Part shown: positions 16,541-26,352 of the stretch, one piece after another
Numbering within the stretch: the stretch's first letter is position 1
Layout: each line of letters opens with the position of its first letter
From: Candidatus Thalassarchaeaceae archaeon
Lineage (GTDB): Archaea; Thermoplasmatota; Poseidoniia; Poseidoniales; Thalassarchaeaceae
Direction of reading: 5' to 3'
Assembly: GCA_023700245.1 (NCBI GenBank)
Contig: JAJPRE010000005.1
Location: 7,106-71,105, forward strand
DNA: 64,000 nucleotides
Notes under the pieces: generated by a model
The model's input: only the letters and a program-made list of their open reading frames with translations
Database searches by the model: none
What the model was told of the DNA's origin: nothing
Translations under genes and position numbers: made by a program

Positions 16541-17341
16541 TTGGTCATGATGAAGGGACTCGAAACACGTCTGGAGCAAATTTTACCCGGTGGAAAGGGT
16601 GTTTGGATCCCAATTGATCACGGAATTTCCAATTATCCCGAAGTGGGATTAGAAAATATTAATTCTACAATTAAAATATTAATTGATAGTGGTGTTGATG
16701 CAATAGTCCTTCACAAAGGTGTATTAAGTCATCAGAAAAAATTGACCGAATGGGATGGTTTCGTTTGTCATGTATCTGCATCAACTGTGCATGGAGGCAG
16801 TAGGTCTGGAGAAAAAGTTAGTATCGCAACCGCAGAAGAATGCTTGGACAGAGGTGCAATTGCTGTTTCTGGACAAATAAATATCGGAGACCCTTCTGAG
16901 CCGGATATGCTATTGGAAATGGGAGATTTGACAACTGATGCCTGGGCACTTGGAATGCCAGTACTGGGAATGATGTATCCGAGAGGGGTTAATATGAAAA
17001 TTGGCCCTGATGACTCAACAAATGGAGTTGCACATGCTGCAAGATTGGCATGGGAAATAGGTTGCAATGTTGTAAAGGTCCCATGGACTGGTTCAATAGA
17101 TTCATTTAGAAATGTGACAAACTCAGTACCAATACCAGTTTTGATTGCTGGAGGAATAAATGAATCGTCCTTCGGGGAATTATTAAAAATAGTAGAAAAA
17201 TCAATTCAAGCCGGCGGTAGTGGAGTCTGCATAGGCAGACAAGTATTTGGATCAGAAAACCCTGAATTATGCATTAAGGCACTTAAGGCGATAGTACATG
17301 AAGGAATTAGCGCTAAAGATGCAACTAAATTTTTAGAGTAG
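16541..17341 (+). CDS. aroA': 2-amino-3,7-dideoxy-D-threo-hept-6-ulosonate synthase (archaeal AroA', DhnA-type class I aldolase family)
   Basis: DhnA-family features (IPIDHG, VKVPW, IAGG...). Located directly upstream of DHQ synthase II, shikimate kinase and aroC. Confidence 0.7.
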   Translation: MVMMKGLETRLEQILPGGKGVWIPIDHGISNYPEVGLENINSTIKILIDSGVDAIVLHKGVLSHQKKLTEWDGFVCHVSASTVHGGSRSGEKVSIATAEECLDRGAIAVSGQINIGDPSEPDMLLEMGDLTTDAWALGMPVLGMMYPRGVNMKIGPDDSTNGVAHAARLAWEIGCNVVKVPWTGSIDSFRNVTNSVPIPVLIAGGINESSFGELLKIVEKSIQAGGSGVCIGRQVFGSENPELCIKALKAIVHEGISAKDATKFLE

Positions 17342-18294
17342 TGGAAAATATGGAGTTGTGGATTGAGGATATAAACTCTAACTCTGGCGAGTTAGGCAAT
17401 CATGCTGACCGTTTATGGAGAGGGGATGCCCCTGACGTTGCAGAAATTAATTTGAGTGATTATAAATCTCAAGAAGAAGCAATTTCAATGATAGGGATTG
17501 TACCGTGGATATTGGTTAAATGTAAAAATTGGAAAATGATACCATTGGAGAATTTGATTTCGAAATCTTTAGGCTCAGGCACTAAGATAGTAGTTTCCAT
17601 TACTGATGAAATAGATGTATTAGGAGTATCCTTCGCACTTCAACATGGAGTTGATGCATTATTATTACCTCCAATAAAAGAAATTTGGGATAAGGCTTTG
17701 AAAGTTAATGAAAGTAAGAAAAATATTAAATTTTTAGAGAAAAAAGTCACTTCAAAATTATCATGTGCTAAGGTAACTTCAATCGAGTCCGGAGGATTTG
17801 GAGAAAGAGTTTGTATTGACTTGATAGAAAGATTAATTCATGGCGAAGGAATGTTAATTGGTTCAGTATCTGAAATTCTCTGCTTAGTACATGGAGAAAC
17901 TATTCCTTCCGAATATGTCCCATCTAGGCCATTTAGAGTAAATGCAGGCCCTGTTCATTCATATATTTTAATGGCAGATGGTAGGACAAAATATCTGAAT
18001 GAATTAAAAGCAGGTAATCAAGTTACGATAATAAATTCAAAGGGTGAGGAAAGATCTGCATCGATAGGTAGAATCAAAATTGAAAGGCGACCATTCCTTA
18101 AAATTGGATATAAATATGATGAAATTCATGGTAATTTAATAACTCAACAAGCAGAAACTGTTAGAATTGTGTCCGATTTGAATCATATCAAATCTGTGAC
18201 TGAACTAGTAATTGGAGATGAATTATTGGTACGCATAGACTCAAGAATGAGGCATATTGGTAATCCGTTGATAGGAGATATAAGAGAAATATGA
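17341..18294 (+). CDS. aroB': 3-dehydroquinate synthase II (archaeal AroB')
   Basis: The RPFRVNAGPVHSY and GRIKIERRP motifs are typical of the archaeal type II DHQ synthase family. Confidence 0.85.
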   Translation: MENMELWIEDINSNSGELGNHADRLWRGDAPDVAEINLSDYKSQEEAISMIGIVPWILVKCKNWKMIPLENLISKSLGSGTKIVVSITDEIDVLGVSFALQHGVDALLLPPIKEIWDKALKVNESKKNIKFLEKKVTSKLSCAKVTSIESGGFGERVCIDLIERLIHGEGMLIGSVSEILCLVHGETIPSEYVPSRPFRVNAGPVHSYILMADGRTKYLNELKAGNQVTIINSKGEERSASIGRIKIERRPFLKIGYKYDEIHGNLITQQAETVRIVSDLNHIKSVTELVIGDELLVRIDSRMRHIGNPLIGDIREI

Positions 18295-19127
18295 ATTCTT
18301 TGGGAACTGGGGAATCCAATGGGGCAATATCCATATTACACGCACTAGGGACTGGTAAGGGCTGTTCAATAGGAGTAGAACTCTGTACTAAAGTAGAAAT
18401 AATGGATGAAAAAATAATCAACACTGAAGATAAACATGGGCTTCTTGAATCCGTGATATCTTGTTGGAAAGATGCTGGATTACCTGTTCCCGATAGATTT
18501 GGTTGGAAGGTATCTACCGATATTCCGATTGGCCAAGGATTAAAATCTAGTTCAGCACTAGCTTGTGCTGCATTAAAAGCATTAAATTCCACATTTATGA
18601 CAAAATTAGATGATTGTCAAATAATAGATTTAGCAGTAGAAGCGCAGATTCGTTCTAATTGCACAATAAGTGGAAGTATTGACGATACTTGGGCATCCAT
18701 AAGTACTGGATGGAAATTAATAGATTCTTCAAAAAAAGCCTCAAATTCTATTTTTCTCCAGGGGGACATAGAAGATAGTTTTTCCATCATAATTTGTACA
18801 AGAGGTGCAAGAAACGTGACAATAAAATCAATTTTATTTCAGGATTATCAATCATTATTTAAAAAATCATCATTAATGGTTGAAAGAGGAGAAATATTCG
18901 AAGCTATGACGACCAATGGCGTGGCAGTTGCTGGAGTTACAAATGATCATGATGCAATTAGAATATGTAATTTAGCAATAATTAATGGTGCAATATCGGC
19001 TGGAATTTCTGGCTCTGGACCTGCGATTGCAATAATTTGTTACAATGAAGATATTGATAAAATTGAAAAAATATTAACGTCTGAAAAAAGAGAGATAATT
19101 AAAACAAAATTTTTAACAAAATTATAG
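18291..19127 (+). CDS. Archaeal GHMP-type shikimate kinase
   Basis: GHMP motif PIGQGLKSSSALACAA. 4-nt overlap with aroB'. Shikimate operon context. Confidence 0.75.
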   Translation: MNSLGTGESNGAISILHALGTGKGCSIGVELCTKVEIMDEKIINTEDKHGLLESVISCWKDAGLPVPDRFGWKVSTDIPIGQGLKSSSALACAALKALNSTFMTKLDDCQIIDLAVEAQIRSNCTISGSIDDTWASISTGWKLIDSSKKASNSIFLQGDIEDSFSIIICTRGARNVTIKSILFQDYQSLFKKSSLMVERGEIFEAMTTNGVAVAGVTNDHDAIRICNLAIINGAISAGISGSGPAIAIICYNEDIDKIEKILTSEKREIIKTKFLTKL

Positions 19128-19143
19128 AAATAGGTGACATGAT

Positions 19144-20244
19144 ATGGGAATGACATTAGGTGAAAACTTACAAGTAACTCTATTTGGAGAAAGTCATGGC
19201 ATATGTGTTGGCGCATTAATAGAAGGAATGCCAGCAGGAATTCAAATTGACAAAGAATCTCTATTGAAAGATATCGCTAAGAGAAAACCTGGAAGAAGAG
19301 GATTATCAACAAGAAAAGAAATGGATAAGTGTGAAATCCTATCTGGAGTTCATAATGATTTAACTACGGGATGGCCAATATTATTATTAACAAAAAATTC
19401 AGATATTAAATCATCAGATTATGCATTCTTACCTGACCAACCGCGACCTGGTCATGCTGATATGGTTGAAAATGTTCGAACAAATGGTGCAAATGACCCG
19501 CGGGGAGGGGGATCGCAATCTGCACGTCTAACTTTTGGATTAGTAGCTGCAGGCAGTCAAATTAGAAAAATAATTGATGAAAAAGGTTGGAAATGCACTG
19601 CCCATTTACATAAAGTAGGTAATATTACTTCTAAAGCACTTTTTGAATTAGATAGAGTTACGTCCTTGGATCTTAACACTGATATGGGGAGACTGAATTG
19701 TAGAGATTCCGATGCCGCGACATTGATGTCAGACTATATCGAAGAAGTTAGAATGGATAGAGATTCAATAGGATCAGTTGTAGAGTTATTGATAGAGGGA
19801 TTACCAATTGGCCTGGGGGAACCTTGGTTTGATGGACTTGAACCTGCATTGGCCAGAGGATTAATGGCAATACCAGGTGCAAGAGCAGTAGAGTTTTCTC
19901 AAGGAATTTTGGCTTCGACTATGCGCGGTTCTGCACACAATGATTCATGGATTTATGAAAATAATATGCCTAAACTAGAAGCAGCCATCAGTGGAGATGC
20001 TGATGGTGCGCTTGGGGGACGTTCAACTGGAGCGGCGCTAAGTGTAAGGATACATTTCAAGCCCCCCAGTAGTATCCCTAGGGAACAATTCACACTACAT
20101 CTACCAAGTAAGGAAGTTCGATCCTTGAAGGTCGGAGGTAGGCATGATCCAATTCTTGGACCCAGGGCGGCACCTGTTGTAGAATCTGTAGCCCTGATAG
20201 TGATTGCTGATTTGGGAATTATTGGAAAATACATACAACCATAA
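19144..20244 (+). CDS. aroC: Chorismate synthase
   Basis: LFGESHG, RPGHAD, GGGSQSAR and GGRHDP motifs. Confidence 0.92.
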   Translation: MGMTLGENLQVTLFGESHGICVGALIEGMPAGIQIDKESLLKDIAKRKPGRRGLSTRKEMDKCEILSGVHNDLTTGWPILLLTKNSDIKSSDYAFLPDQPRPGHADMVENVRTNGANDPRGGGSQSARLTFGLVAAGSQIRKIIDEKGWKCTAHLHKVGNITSKALFELDRVTSLDLNTDMGRLNCRDSDAATLMSDYIEEVRMDRDSIGSVVELLIEGLPIGLGEPWFDGLEPALARGLMAIPGARAVEFSQGILASTMRGSAHNDSWIYENNMPKLEAAISGDADGALGGRSTGAALSVRIHFKPPSSIPREQFTLHLPSKEVRSLKVGGRHDPILGPRAAPVVESVALIVIADLGIIGKYIQP

Positions 20245-21171
20245 TCATGCTTGTTTATCTCTAAATTGTTGGACCCTGAGTGGTAAATTTACAGCAAATG
20301 CCCCACCTATAATTGTAAATATCACTATAGTTCCTAATGCTACTCCATACACACTAGTTAATTCCACGCTCTCCCTTAACCTATCTGCCGAAACTGGATT
20401 AATTATTGCGACCATTGCAGGTATTATCCTATTAATAAATAGTGTCAATAATGCAACAAATCCTGCTATAGATGGCGCTATTAGCAAAGATCTATGATAC
20501 CTTGATGTAATCTTTTGAATCCCCATAACATATACTTCCCCTGTTCGAATTGAAGTATCTAACATTGAGAATCTAATAATCCCGCTAGAGAGTTCCATGT
20601 ACATAACTAAAAATATTGCATAAAGAATTAAAAGCAATTTTTGCGCTATTTCTCCTTCGGGCAGGAAACTCAAGCCAAACTCTACTTTACTGCCTGCAAA
20701 TCTTATAGTTACAATAATTAACATTATATAAGAAACTAACAATGCTTTTTGATCTCTTTGGAAAACGCCATACATCCCCCCAATAAGTCCAATTCCTATA
20801 ATGATAAAATGAAATAAACCACCAATAAAACCAATTCCAATCATATTGGATAGAGCAAACCATGCAGTTCCAGTTACTGGAGTTATCATAAATGTTAAGA
20901 AGCACAATAAAACCAATGTTATAGATGAAGATAGTTGAAGTGAAGTAACCATCCTATCAGGTGGTAAAAATTTCATCTTACTGATTACTGGGCCGCCAAA
21001 AATAGATTCAACCCATCCAGGGATATGTACTTCAGGAATAGCATCAAGTGGAATTTCAGTATTCTGTTTAAGTTTACCAGCTGCTGCTTTCCTACTTGGT
21101 GCAGATGACCTCATAGTTTTGCTATCATATAGGTGCGCAGTAACGTTTATTTCGGCTTGATCATCGACCAT
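20245..21171 (-). CDS. Polytopic membrane protein, last gene of the MoxR-DUF58 module
   Basis: Multiple hydrophobic helices. Starts 10 nt downstream of the DUF58 gene on the same strand. Confidence 0.6.
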   Translation of the reverse strand: MVDDQAEINVTAHLYDSKTMRSSAPSRKAAAGKLKQNTEIPLDAIPEVHIPGWVESIFGGPVISKMKFLPPDRMVTSLQLSSSITLVLLCFLTFMITPVTGTAWFALSNMIGIGFIGGLFHFIIIGIGLIGGMYGVFQRDQKALLVSYIMLIIVTIRFAGSKVEFGLSFLPEGEIAQKLLLILYAIFLVMYMELSSGIIRFSMLDTSIRTGEVYVMGIQKITSRYHRSLLIAPSIAGFVALLTLFINRIIPAMVAIINPVSADRLRESVELTSVYGVALGTIVIFTIIGGAFAVNLPLRVQQFRDKQA

Positions 21172-21180
21172 AATCTCACC

Positions 21181-22500
21181 TCAAAATCCTCTTGCCCCAG
21201 ATAGTGCTGTATTCAGCATCATATCGGGCTCCCAATCCATGACAAAGGCTCCTAAACCTCTTAATTCGGCCATTAATATGTCTCTCTCAGTTTTTAATAC
21301 TTCATATCCGGTTCTATCTAATCTCCTAGCATCAAACTCAAATTCTAGACTACTTGGTGATAATATAGTTACATCAAAGTTTCTAGATCTTAAATCTCTA
21401 ACTGCATCTACTATTGTAGGATCCTCCTCAAGAGGAGTAAGGATTATTATTGGACTTCCACGATTAATGTGCGGCATTATCCTATTAGTTACTATTTTCA
21501 TAGGAGTATTACCTTTAGCCATGGCTCCAGCCAATTTTGTTAGTAAGACATATAATTGTTTTTTACCAGTATCACGATCGACAGAAGTTATTTCATCACC
21601 ATATATCACAAGTCCTACGGAATCTCTTCTCGAGAGGAAATGTTGTGATAAACTAGCTGCCGCTCTTGTACTATAAACTAAAGAATTCCTGCTTACTGGT
21701 CCAGTTTCGCTTATTTTCCTACTATCAACTATTAAAATAATATCACTTACAGCGTCCCTTTCGAACTCATTTACCATCATTTTACCATCTTGTCTGGCTG
21801 TTGCTTTCCAATTAACTTTCTTCATTGGATCTCCAGGAATATATTCTCTCAGATTATAGAAATTTGATCCTTCACCGGGATTTCTAATGTTTACTGCGCC
21901 GGTAAAAATTTTAGGTACGCGACTTTTAATCATAGCATCTTTGATATCCTCCATTTTTGGGAAAACTAGGAAATCTTCATACAAATGTATTTCTTTCTCA
22001 TTGTGAAAAAGGCCGAATGCATCTTGAACTCTAACGCATACTGGCCCTATAGTATAAAATCCGCGTAATGGAGTTTCAATAGTATAGGATATTTCTGTCT
22101 CCCTTTGAGGACCTAATTCCATTAAAACATAATTTGCACCTTTCTTGATCCTCATAACTTCTGGAACTCTATCTCTAACTTCAAGAACTTTGGACGTATT
22201 GGACCTATTTTGAAGCCTAAGAGTTACATCTACTTCGCCATCTTCAAAAATCCTAGATGAGGAAACCTTTCGCATTGCAAGAATATTCTGTAATTCAATA
22301 CCTTCATCATTTTGTAAATCATCTAATCGCCTACCTGATGAAGAAACATCAGCATGACTTGTCCTAAATGCGGCCCAAGTCAAAAAAGAGAGTAAAACTA
22401 CTGCAACAGTAACAAGTTGCTGATTTCTTAGAACTAGTCCTAATAGATATAAAGCGACGGCTAACGATGCAAACATCGCAGATTTTCGACTCCATGCCAT
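21181..22500 (-). CDS. DUF58 (vWA-like) protein
   Basis: Two N-terminal TM helices and the DUF58 signature KKVNWKATARQDGKMMVNEFERD. The ATG at 22500 has a GGAG about 11 nt upstream. The ORF track starts at TTG 22509. Confidence 0.8.
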   Translation of the reverse strand: MAWSRKSAMFASLAVALYLLGLVLRNQQLVTVAVVLLSFLTWAAFRTSHADVSSSGRRLDDLQNDEGIELQNILAMRKVSSSRIFEDGEVDVTLRLQNRSNTSKVLEVRDRVPEVMRIKKGANYVLMELGPQRETEISYTIETPLRGFYTIGPVCVRVQDAFGLFHNEKEIHLYEDFLVFPKMEDIKDAMIKSRVPKIFTGAVNIRNPGEGSNFYNLREYIPGDPMKKVNWKATARQDGKMMVNEFERDAVSDIILIVDSRKISETGPVSRNSLVYSTRAAASLSQHFLSRRDSVGLVIYGDEITSVDRDTGKKQLYVLLTKLAGAMAKGNTPMKIVTNRIMPHINRGSPIIILTPLEEDPTIVDAVRDLRSRNFDVTILSPSSLEFEFDARRLDRTGYEVLKTERDILMAELRGLGAFVMDWEPDMMLNTALSGARGF

Positions 22501-22523
22501 ATATCTCAAACTCCGTTTGAATA

Positions 22524-23579
22524 TTAAACAGTTGGTACAGGTACTGTTCTCAGGATTTCTTTAATTATATCTTCCGTACTTGCACCTTTTATTTGATGTT
22601 CAGGTTTCAATATTAACCGATGAGCAAGAGCCAGATTGGCTATTGATTTTACGTCATCAGGAGTAACGAAATCACGACCACGCATGGCAGCAGCTGCACG
22701 ACTAGTCTTCAATAGTGCTTGAGAACCACGAGGCGATGAACCAACTAAAACTTGATTATGTTCACGAGTTTGAGTAACAATTTCTACCATATACATCCTA
22801 ACTGCAGGATCTACATATACATCTTCAATTGCATTTTGCATTGCCACTACTCTTGCAGGATCAGTAATAATATCAACTTCAACTGCGTCTTTCTTTCTTA
22901 AAATACGTCGAGCTAATATCTCATCTTCATCCGCTCTACTTGGGTAGCCAACGCTCATCTTAAACATAAATCGGTCAAGTTGAGCTTCTGGAAGTGGATA
23001 GGTTCCTTCTTGCTCAACAGGATTCTGTGTTGCCATTGTAAGGAATGGTGAGGGTAATTTGTGAGTGACTGTACCAATTGTAACCTGCTTTTCTTGCATG
23101 GCTTCAAGTAGAGCGGCTTGAGTCTTAGGAGGGGCACGATTTATCTCATCGGAAAGTAAGAGATTACAGAATATTGGCCCTGGTTTAAATGTGAATTCTC
23201 CTTTCTTTGCATCATAGATATTCGTACCAGTAATATCTGCAGGAAGTAAATCTGGAGTAAATTGTACTCTCTTAAAATCACAACCAAGCGCATCGGCAAA
23301 GGTATTGGTCATCAGAGTCTTGGCTAGACCTGGATAATCTTCAAACAGAAGATTACCATTTGATAAAATATTTACTAGTACGTTATCTATAACGTGAGGT
23401 TTTCCAATAATTACTTTTTGGACTTCTAGGCCTATTGCATGTGCAATAGCTCCAACAGCAGTTAATTTTTCATTCATTTTGTTGCCGTCTCGGGCTAATT
23501 CTGCCTTCTTAGCATAAGCTGCATCGGCATTATTTGAGGGCGGTGCTGGTGGTGCATCTACAGGTGGGTTTGCATTCAT
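22524..23579 (-). CDS. MoxR-family AAA+ ATPase
   Basis: LFEDYPGLAKT (Walker A variant typical of MoxR), LLSDEINRAPPKTQAALLEAMQE and ATQNP motifs. Confidence 0.9.
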   Translation of the reverse strand: MNANPPVDAPPAPPSNNADAAYAKKAELARDGNKMNEKLTAVGAIAHAIGLEVQKVIIGKPHVIDNVLVNILSNGNLLFEDYPGLAKTLMTNTFADALGCDFKRVQFTPDLLPADITGTNIYDAKKGEFTFKPGPIFCNLLLSDEINRAPPKTQAALLEAMQEKQVTIGTVTHKLPSPFLTMATQNPVEQEGTYPLPEAQLDRFMFKMSVGYPSRADEDEILARRILRKKDAVEVDIITDPARVVAMQNAIEDVYVDPAVRMYMVEIVTQTREHNQVLVGSSPRGSQALLKTSRAAAAMRGRDFVTPDDVKSIANLALAHRLILKPEHQIKGASTEDIIKEILRTVPVPTV

Positions 23580-23602
23580 ATTTATTTCTCCATTTATTTT
23601 TA

Positions 23603-25264
23603 TTAATTATTTTTGCCCCATCGGCGGATTGCCTGCATCATCTGGCGCAACTCCTTAGGGGTGTATGTACGGCTTTGGCTATAAGCCAATTCCACAAGAC
23701 GCGGATCTCCAATCATGGATTGAACTTCTGCTGGTGGCTTTGTTGCCATTTCGTCACGAGTTAGGTCATGGTGGACCCTAATTTTTGTAAATAATGATTG
23801 TTGTACTCGAGTTCGATACGTTTTTGGATCTAGTTTGCTCGGTCTTTCGGAAAAACGAGTTAAATCAAAGACGTGCCTCCAATTTTCTTTCTGAGGCACT
23901 ATCATCATTGCAACTAGGAGCAGCAATCCTACGTTAAGAACAACTAACCATTTTAAGAACGTATTAGAAGTTAATAGTACTATAGTTCCCATTGCCTCGA
24001 CAAATGGTGCTGAAATAACTCCAGTAATATGCCTACTTTCATCGAATACTATTTGGAAATTTGATTTGTCTCCAGCATAATCTCCATTTTTTATTTGTGC
24101 AGATAAGTTAAGATTATCAAATTCCATCATATCATAAATAAGTGAATTGAAATAGATATCATTACCTAACCAGTCATTATTATTATTAATTTCTTGATTC
24201 CAACAATTTTCAACGATACACGATTCCCTTAGGCCTGTCTTTCTTGCCTCATCCAATGACCATAGACGATTGGAAAAGGCCTCTTCATCGGAAACAAAAA
24301 CAATGCTTCCAGTAACAGAAAGTTCACCAACGCCTCCGGAAAATGCGCTACCGCCACTATTGGAACTAACTTGATCCAATACCTGTATATTAGGATAATC
24401 GAAACGCATAATTAATTTTAAATCTCCAGGTGCTGGATTAAGGGGATCTCCTGCATCGCCATTTTCTTGAATATCAATAAATGCAGATGTTGAAGCTGTA
24501 CCTAGAGTCATAACATTACGATGATCGGGATCAGTTACATCTTTGGAAGAAGGTTCAAATTTCATTCCAGTAGCACCCCTTAACATAACGGGTAATCTAC
24601 AATCCACTGTATTGTATATGTCAATATTAAATTGGGAACATCCTTGCCTTAATGCACCTGGGTCCATATTTTGAACATCTTGGCCAACGGTAGCAACTGT
24701 CCAGACGTTGCGCCATGTAACTATTTCACCACCAAATGAGTCCCTTTTAACTTCGCCATTTTGATCATATTCGACCCAGTGTTGATTTTCATCCAATAAG
24801 TAATTATTAAAGAAAGTTAAGCCAAATTTATCTGCCAATCTATTTGCATTGGTGTTATCAGAAGCAACAATGACTTTTCCGCCTTTTTCAGTTACGAATT
24901 TGTAAATTTCTTCCGCTTCTGTTTCATCAATGGGCTTTTCTGGAGCGATAATCAGTAGCATAGTCCTATGCGGATCTTTCCAATCGTTAACTAACATAGG
25001 AGTAGACATAGTATTAGCTATAAAATAATCTTCTTCATCAGATAAATCAGCCCTCATATCTGTTAATTGTGCTAATTGGAGTATTTCGCCTTCTCCGATT
25101 TCATATGCAGAATATGCAGTACTTTTCCCTGCTACAAAAAACATAGGTAATATCAATAGAAGTACTATAGTAATCGAAAGTGAGCTCAACACAATTGTAG
25201 AAAACTTTTCTTCTTGTGTTTTCTCACCTGCCACTTTAATCATCTCAAAAAATGTAGGCAGCAC
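23603..25264 (-). CDS. Membrane-anchored protein with large exposed domain (possibly DUF4350-like), upstream of MoxR
   Basis: N-terminal TM helix, a ~400-aa exposed domain, a second TM helix and a basic cytoplasmic tail. GTG start. The DUF4350 assignment rests on context only. Confidence 0.6.
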   Translation of the reverse strand: MLPTFFEMIKVAGEKTQEEKFSTIVLSSLSITIVLLLILPMFFVAGKSTAYSAYEIGEGEILQLAQLTDMRADLSDEEDYFIANTMSTPMLVNDWKDPHRTMLLIIAPEKPIDETEAEEIYKFVTEKGGKVIVASDNTNANRLADKFGLTFFNNYLLDENQHWVEYDQNGEVKRDSFGGEIVTWRNVWTVATVGQDVQNMDPGALRQGCSQFNIDIYNTVDCRLPVMLRGATGMKFEPSSKDVTDPDHRNVMTLGTASTSAFIDIQENGDAGDPLNPAPGDLKLIMRFDYPNIQVLDQVSSNSGGSAFSGGVGELSVTGSIVFVSDEEAFSNRLWSLDEARKTGLRESCIVENCWNQEINNNNDWLGNDIYFNSLIYDMMEFDNLNLSAQIKNGDYAGDKSNFQIVFDESRHITGVISAPFVEAMGTIVLLTSNTFLKWLVVLNVGLLLLVAMMIVPQKENWRHVFDLTRFSERPSKLDPKTYRTRVQQSLFTKIRVHHDLTRDEMATKPPAEVQSMIGDPRLVELAYSQSRTYTPKELRQMMQAIRRWGKNN

Positions 25265-25318
25265 CTACAACAGGTTTCCGACAATAGGAGTACAAATATA
25301 TGTTATTGCGTAAAGTTC

Positions 25319-25328
25319 AAAAAAAAAA
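25319..25328 (-). terminator. T10 tract (A10 on plus strand) downstream of gene 25407..26351; candidate archaeal oligo-T terminator
   Basis: A run of 10 A on the plus strand within the 142-nt gap between two minus-strand genes. Confidence 0.35.
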
Positions 25329-25406
25329 GTTAATATATCGTATCTTGGTTTATTTTTTACATCTATGAAGTACAGCGAATTAAAAAGATATTAGTACGCA
25401 GATTTA

Positions 25407-26351
25407 TTAATTTTTTCTACTAAATGCAAGGGCAGTGAAAATGCAACAAATAATGGAAATAGGATTTAAAAATGGTAAGCTTGAACCAATTACTTCAGTG
25501 GTTGTGGTAGTAGAGTCGTCATTCGAATCAGGATCATTTTTAGTCAAAGGGGGATCTACAGCAACTTGTACATCGTCACTTACTAATGATTGGGACCCAG
25601 TATTCATCCCGCCATTAGATGCAACTGTGATTTCTACTTTACAGTTTCTTCTTGGATGACTTTCGGATGCAGACAATTCTAAATCAGATTGAGTAGATTT
25701 ACCGGGATTTAAATTTGCAGTCATTAATGAGTCGAGACCGTTATTGGGACTTAATAAGGGACAATTATCCGTTATTTCTATTTCCCCAACTCGATCTTCA
25801 ATATTTCCCTTATTAGTTACTGTGACTCTTAAAGGCATGCTTGAACCAGCATTCATAGGTCCAACTGGATCTTCAATTTCTATATCCAATAAGTAAATTA
25901 TTGGAATCATTAATTTTCCCTCTGCATCATTTGAAGAAGGAAATAATTGAGGAGTGTCCTGAATGGAGTTTAAATTGGCCGTAATAGTAAATGCTTCCTG
26001 CGCCCTGGCGGCAAAATTAAGGATATTTATATTCGAAATTTGAAGAGTGAAGGATTCATTACTTTGGCCTTCAATTGTTCCTTCTGATGGCCCGGAATAT
26101 TCACCTGGAAATGCTTTTTCATACTCAAAGGAAACATCTATAGAAAATAAACCATCATTAGTTATAGTAAACGTAATTCTTGCACTTCCATCATTAGATA
26201 ATTCAAAAGGATTACCGGAATCATCTTCCGGATATTCAATATTCAATTCCCAGGGATAAATATCGCCTTGAGAATGGACCCCTGGCAATAAGGATATCAA
26301 TATCAGACTAGTAATTATGAAAATATATGAATTTGTCAACTTATGCTCCAT
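25407..26351 (-). CDS. Secreted, C-terminally anchored protein with beta-rich (CARDB-like?) domains
   Basis: Signal peptide, Thr-rich linker (TTTTTE) and a C-terminal hydrophobic helix followed by RKN. Confidence 0.6.
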   Translation of the reverse strand: MEHKLTNSYIFIITSLILISLLPGVHSQGDIYPWELNIEYPEDDSGNPFELSNDGSARITFTITNDGLFSIDVSFEYEKAFPGEYSGPSEGTIEGQSNESFTLQISNINILNFAARAQEAFTITANLNSIQDTPQLFPSSNDAEGKLMIPIIYLLDIEIEDPVGPMNAGSSMPLRVTVTNKGNIEDRVGEIEITDNCPLLSPNNGLDSLMTANLNPGKSTQSDLELSASESHPRRNCKVEITVASNGGMNTGSQSLVSDDVQVAVDPPLTKNDPDSNDDSTTTTTEVIGSSLPFLNPISIICCIFTALAFSRKN

Positions 26352-26352
26352 A

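Noticed and set aside
25407-25500. Thr-rich linker plus C-terminal TM helix resembling a PGF-CTERM archaeosortase sorting signal.
   Set aside because: The tripeptide is LPF rather than PGF, no archaeosortase gene is visible in the window, and the other anchored proteins here lack the pattern. Evidence is insufficient.
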